A stretch of DNA of 64,000 bases, counting the filler, from Porpidia crustulata (lineage: Eukaryota), in NCBI GenBank assembly GCA_964255105.1. It is 4 parts of 4 records of this genome, joined end to end, with 100 filler letters (N's around TTAATTAATTAA, not from the genome) between each part and the next. Parts side by side here need not be neighbours in the genome. Positions count along the whole stretch, not along the records: positions 50,057 to 64,000 come from CAXUWE010000404.1; 3 more parts are not named here. One strand, given 5' to 3'. Shown here piece after piece: positions 63,402-64,000 of this stretch (positions within the stretch are counted from its first letter, which is position 1; every line of letters begins with the position of its first letter). The notes under the pieces are model-generated. The model saw only the letters and a program-made list of their open reading frames with translations, ran no database searches and was not told where the DNA came from. Position numbers and translations under genes: made by a program.

Positions 63402-64000
63402 GGGCAGCGTCGAGATCGTCCGACTGGAGCGACCCGTATATACAATTATTGTCACATTGTACGCATTGAGCAGCGATTAGTAGCTTACGATACCCCCTTG
63501 ATGGTTGTAACATAACGATGGAGCGATTCAGCGGCACTTTCGGGAGGTTTATTTGATACAGCATCGGATAGCGTGTATTACTAGAAACCTTGTCTTTTTG
63601 GAGTAGGAATAGGAAAGGGACTATAAGATCTAGCATGTTTCCTCGATGACCTGGCTGTCTCCGAGTAGACACTGCATCAGAGTGTGACATTCACGTATTA
63701 GGTATTCAGATTATGCAACTTCCATCTTCCTGTGAAGATGTAACTCCTTAGTGACGGGCGGAGTAATCCGTGCGAGGGTTGATTGGTGGGGTAGCAGGCA
63801 GCGATGACGCCGTCAGGGGCTCAGCTCTCGAAAAGAAGATGAAACACTAGTGCTGCGGCAGGGATGATGATGTCTCGGCAGCTATGACTAGCTCGGTAGA
63901 GATCTCCGGCTGATCCTTGGAGACTAGCGTTGGTCGGGGCTGATCAATCACATCTCTCCGCCTCTGTGATGCGGCGGTGAAGATCGACGTCAAACATCAC

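Overview
Gene-dense, intron-containing nuclear DNA of a filamentous ascomycete (Pezizomycotina, inferred from gene content such as veA, bem46 and a KipA-type kinesin, and from short spliceosomal introns). Three identical 100-nt artificial spacers (44 N + TTAATTAATTAA + 44 N) join four contigs, so adjacency across them is unproven. Recognisable genes: a divergent glucose-6-phosphate dehydrogenase, bem46-like hydrolase, proteasome beta1 (PRE3), a Pho85-type cyclin, velvet regulator veA, TRAPPII subunit Trs130, delta-12 desaturase, a DEAH helicase (gap-truncated), an Aim6-like phosphodiesterase, TFIIIC subunit Sfc3/Tfc3, a WW + PhoD-like phosphatase (gap-truncated), a DUF3074-like protein, mitoribosomal Fyv4/mS41, Kin28/CDK7 and a kinesin-7. 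The most unusual observations are four. (1) The G6PD keeps its catalytic residues but has lost NADP-phosphate-binding residues at both nucleotide sites and gained an Asp, suggesting an NAD+-type or otherwise repurposed paralog. (2) An accessory island at 4-10.8 kb holds an old tandem duplication of an orphan Arg/Ser/His/Asp-rich gene whose non-coding flanks align better than most of its coding region. (3) Five non-conserved reading frames are interrupted only by in-frame stops, without frameshifts. (4) A dispersed YxPSxxAH[ST]Q motif recurs in an expanded Sfc3. No tRNA, rRNA, CRISPR or transposase was recognised. All comparisons were made by eye; no searches were run.
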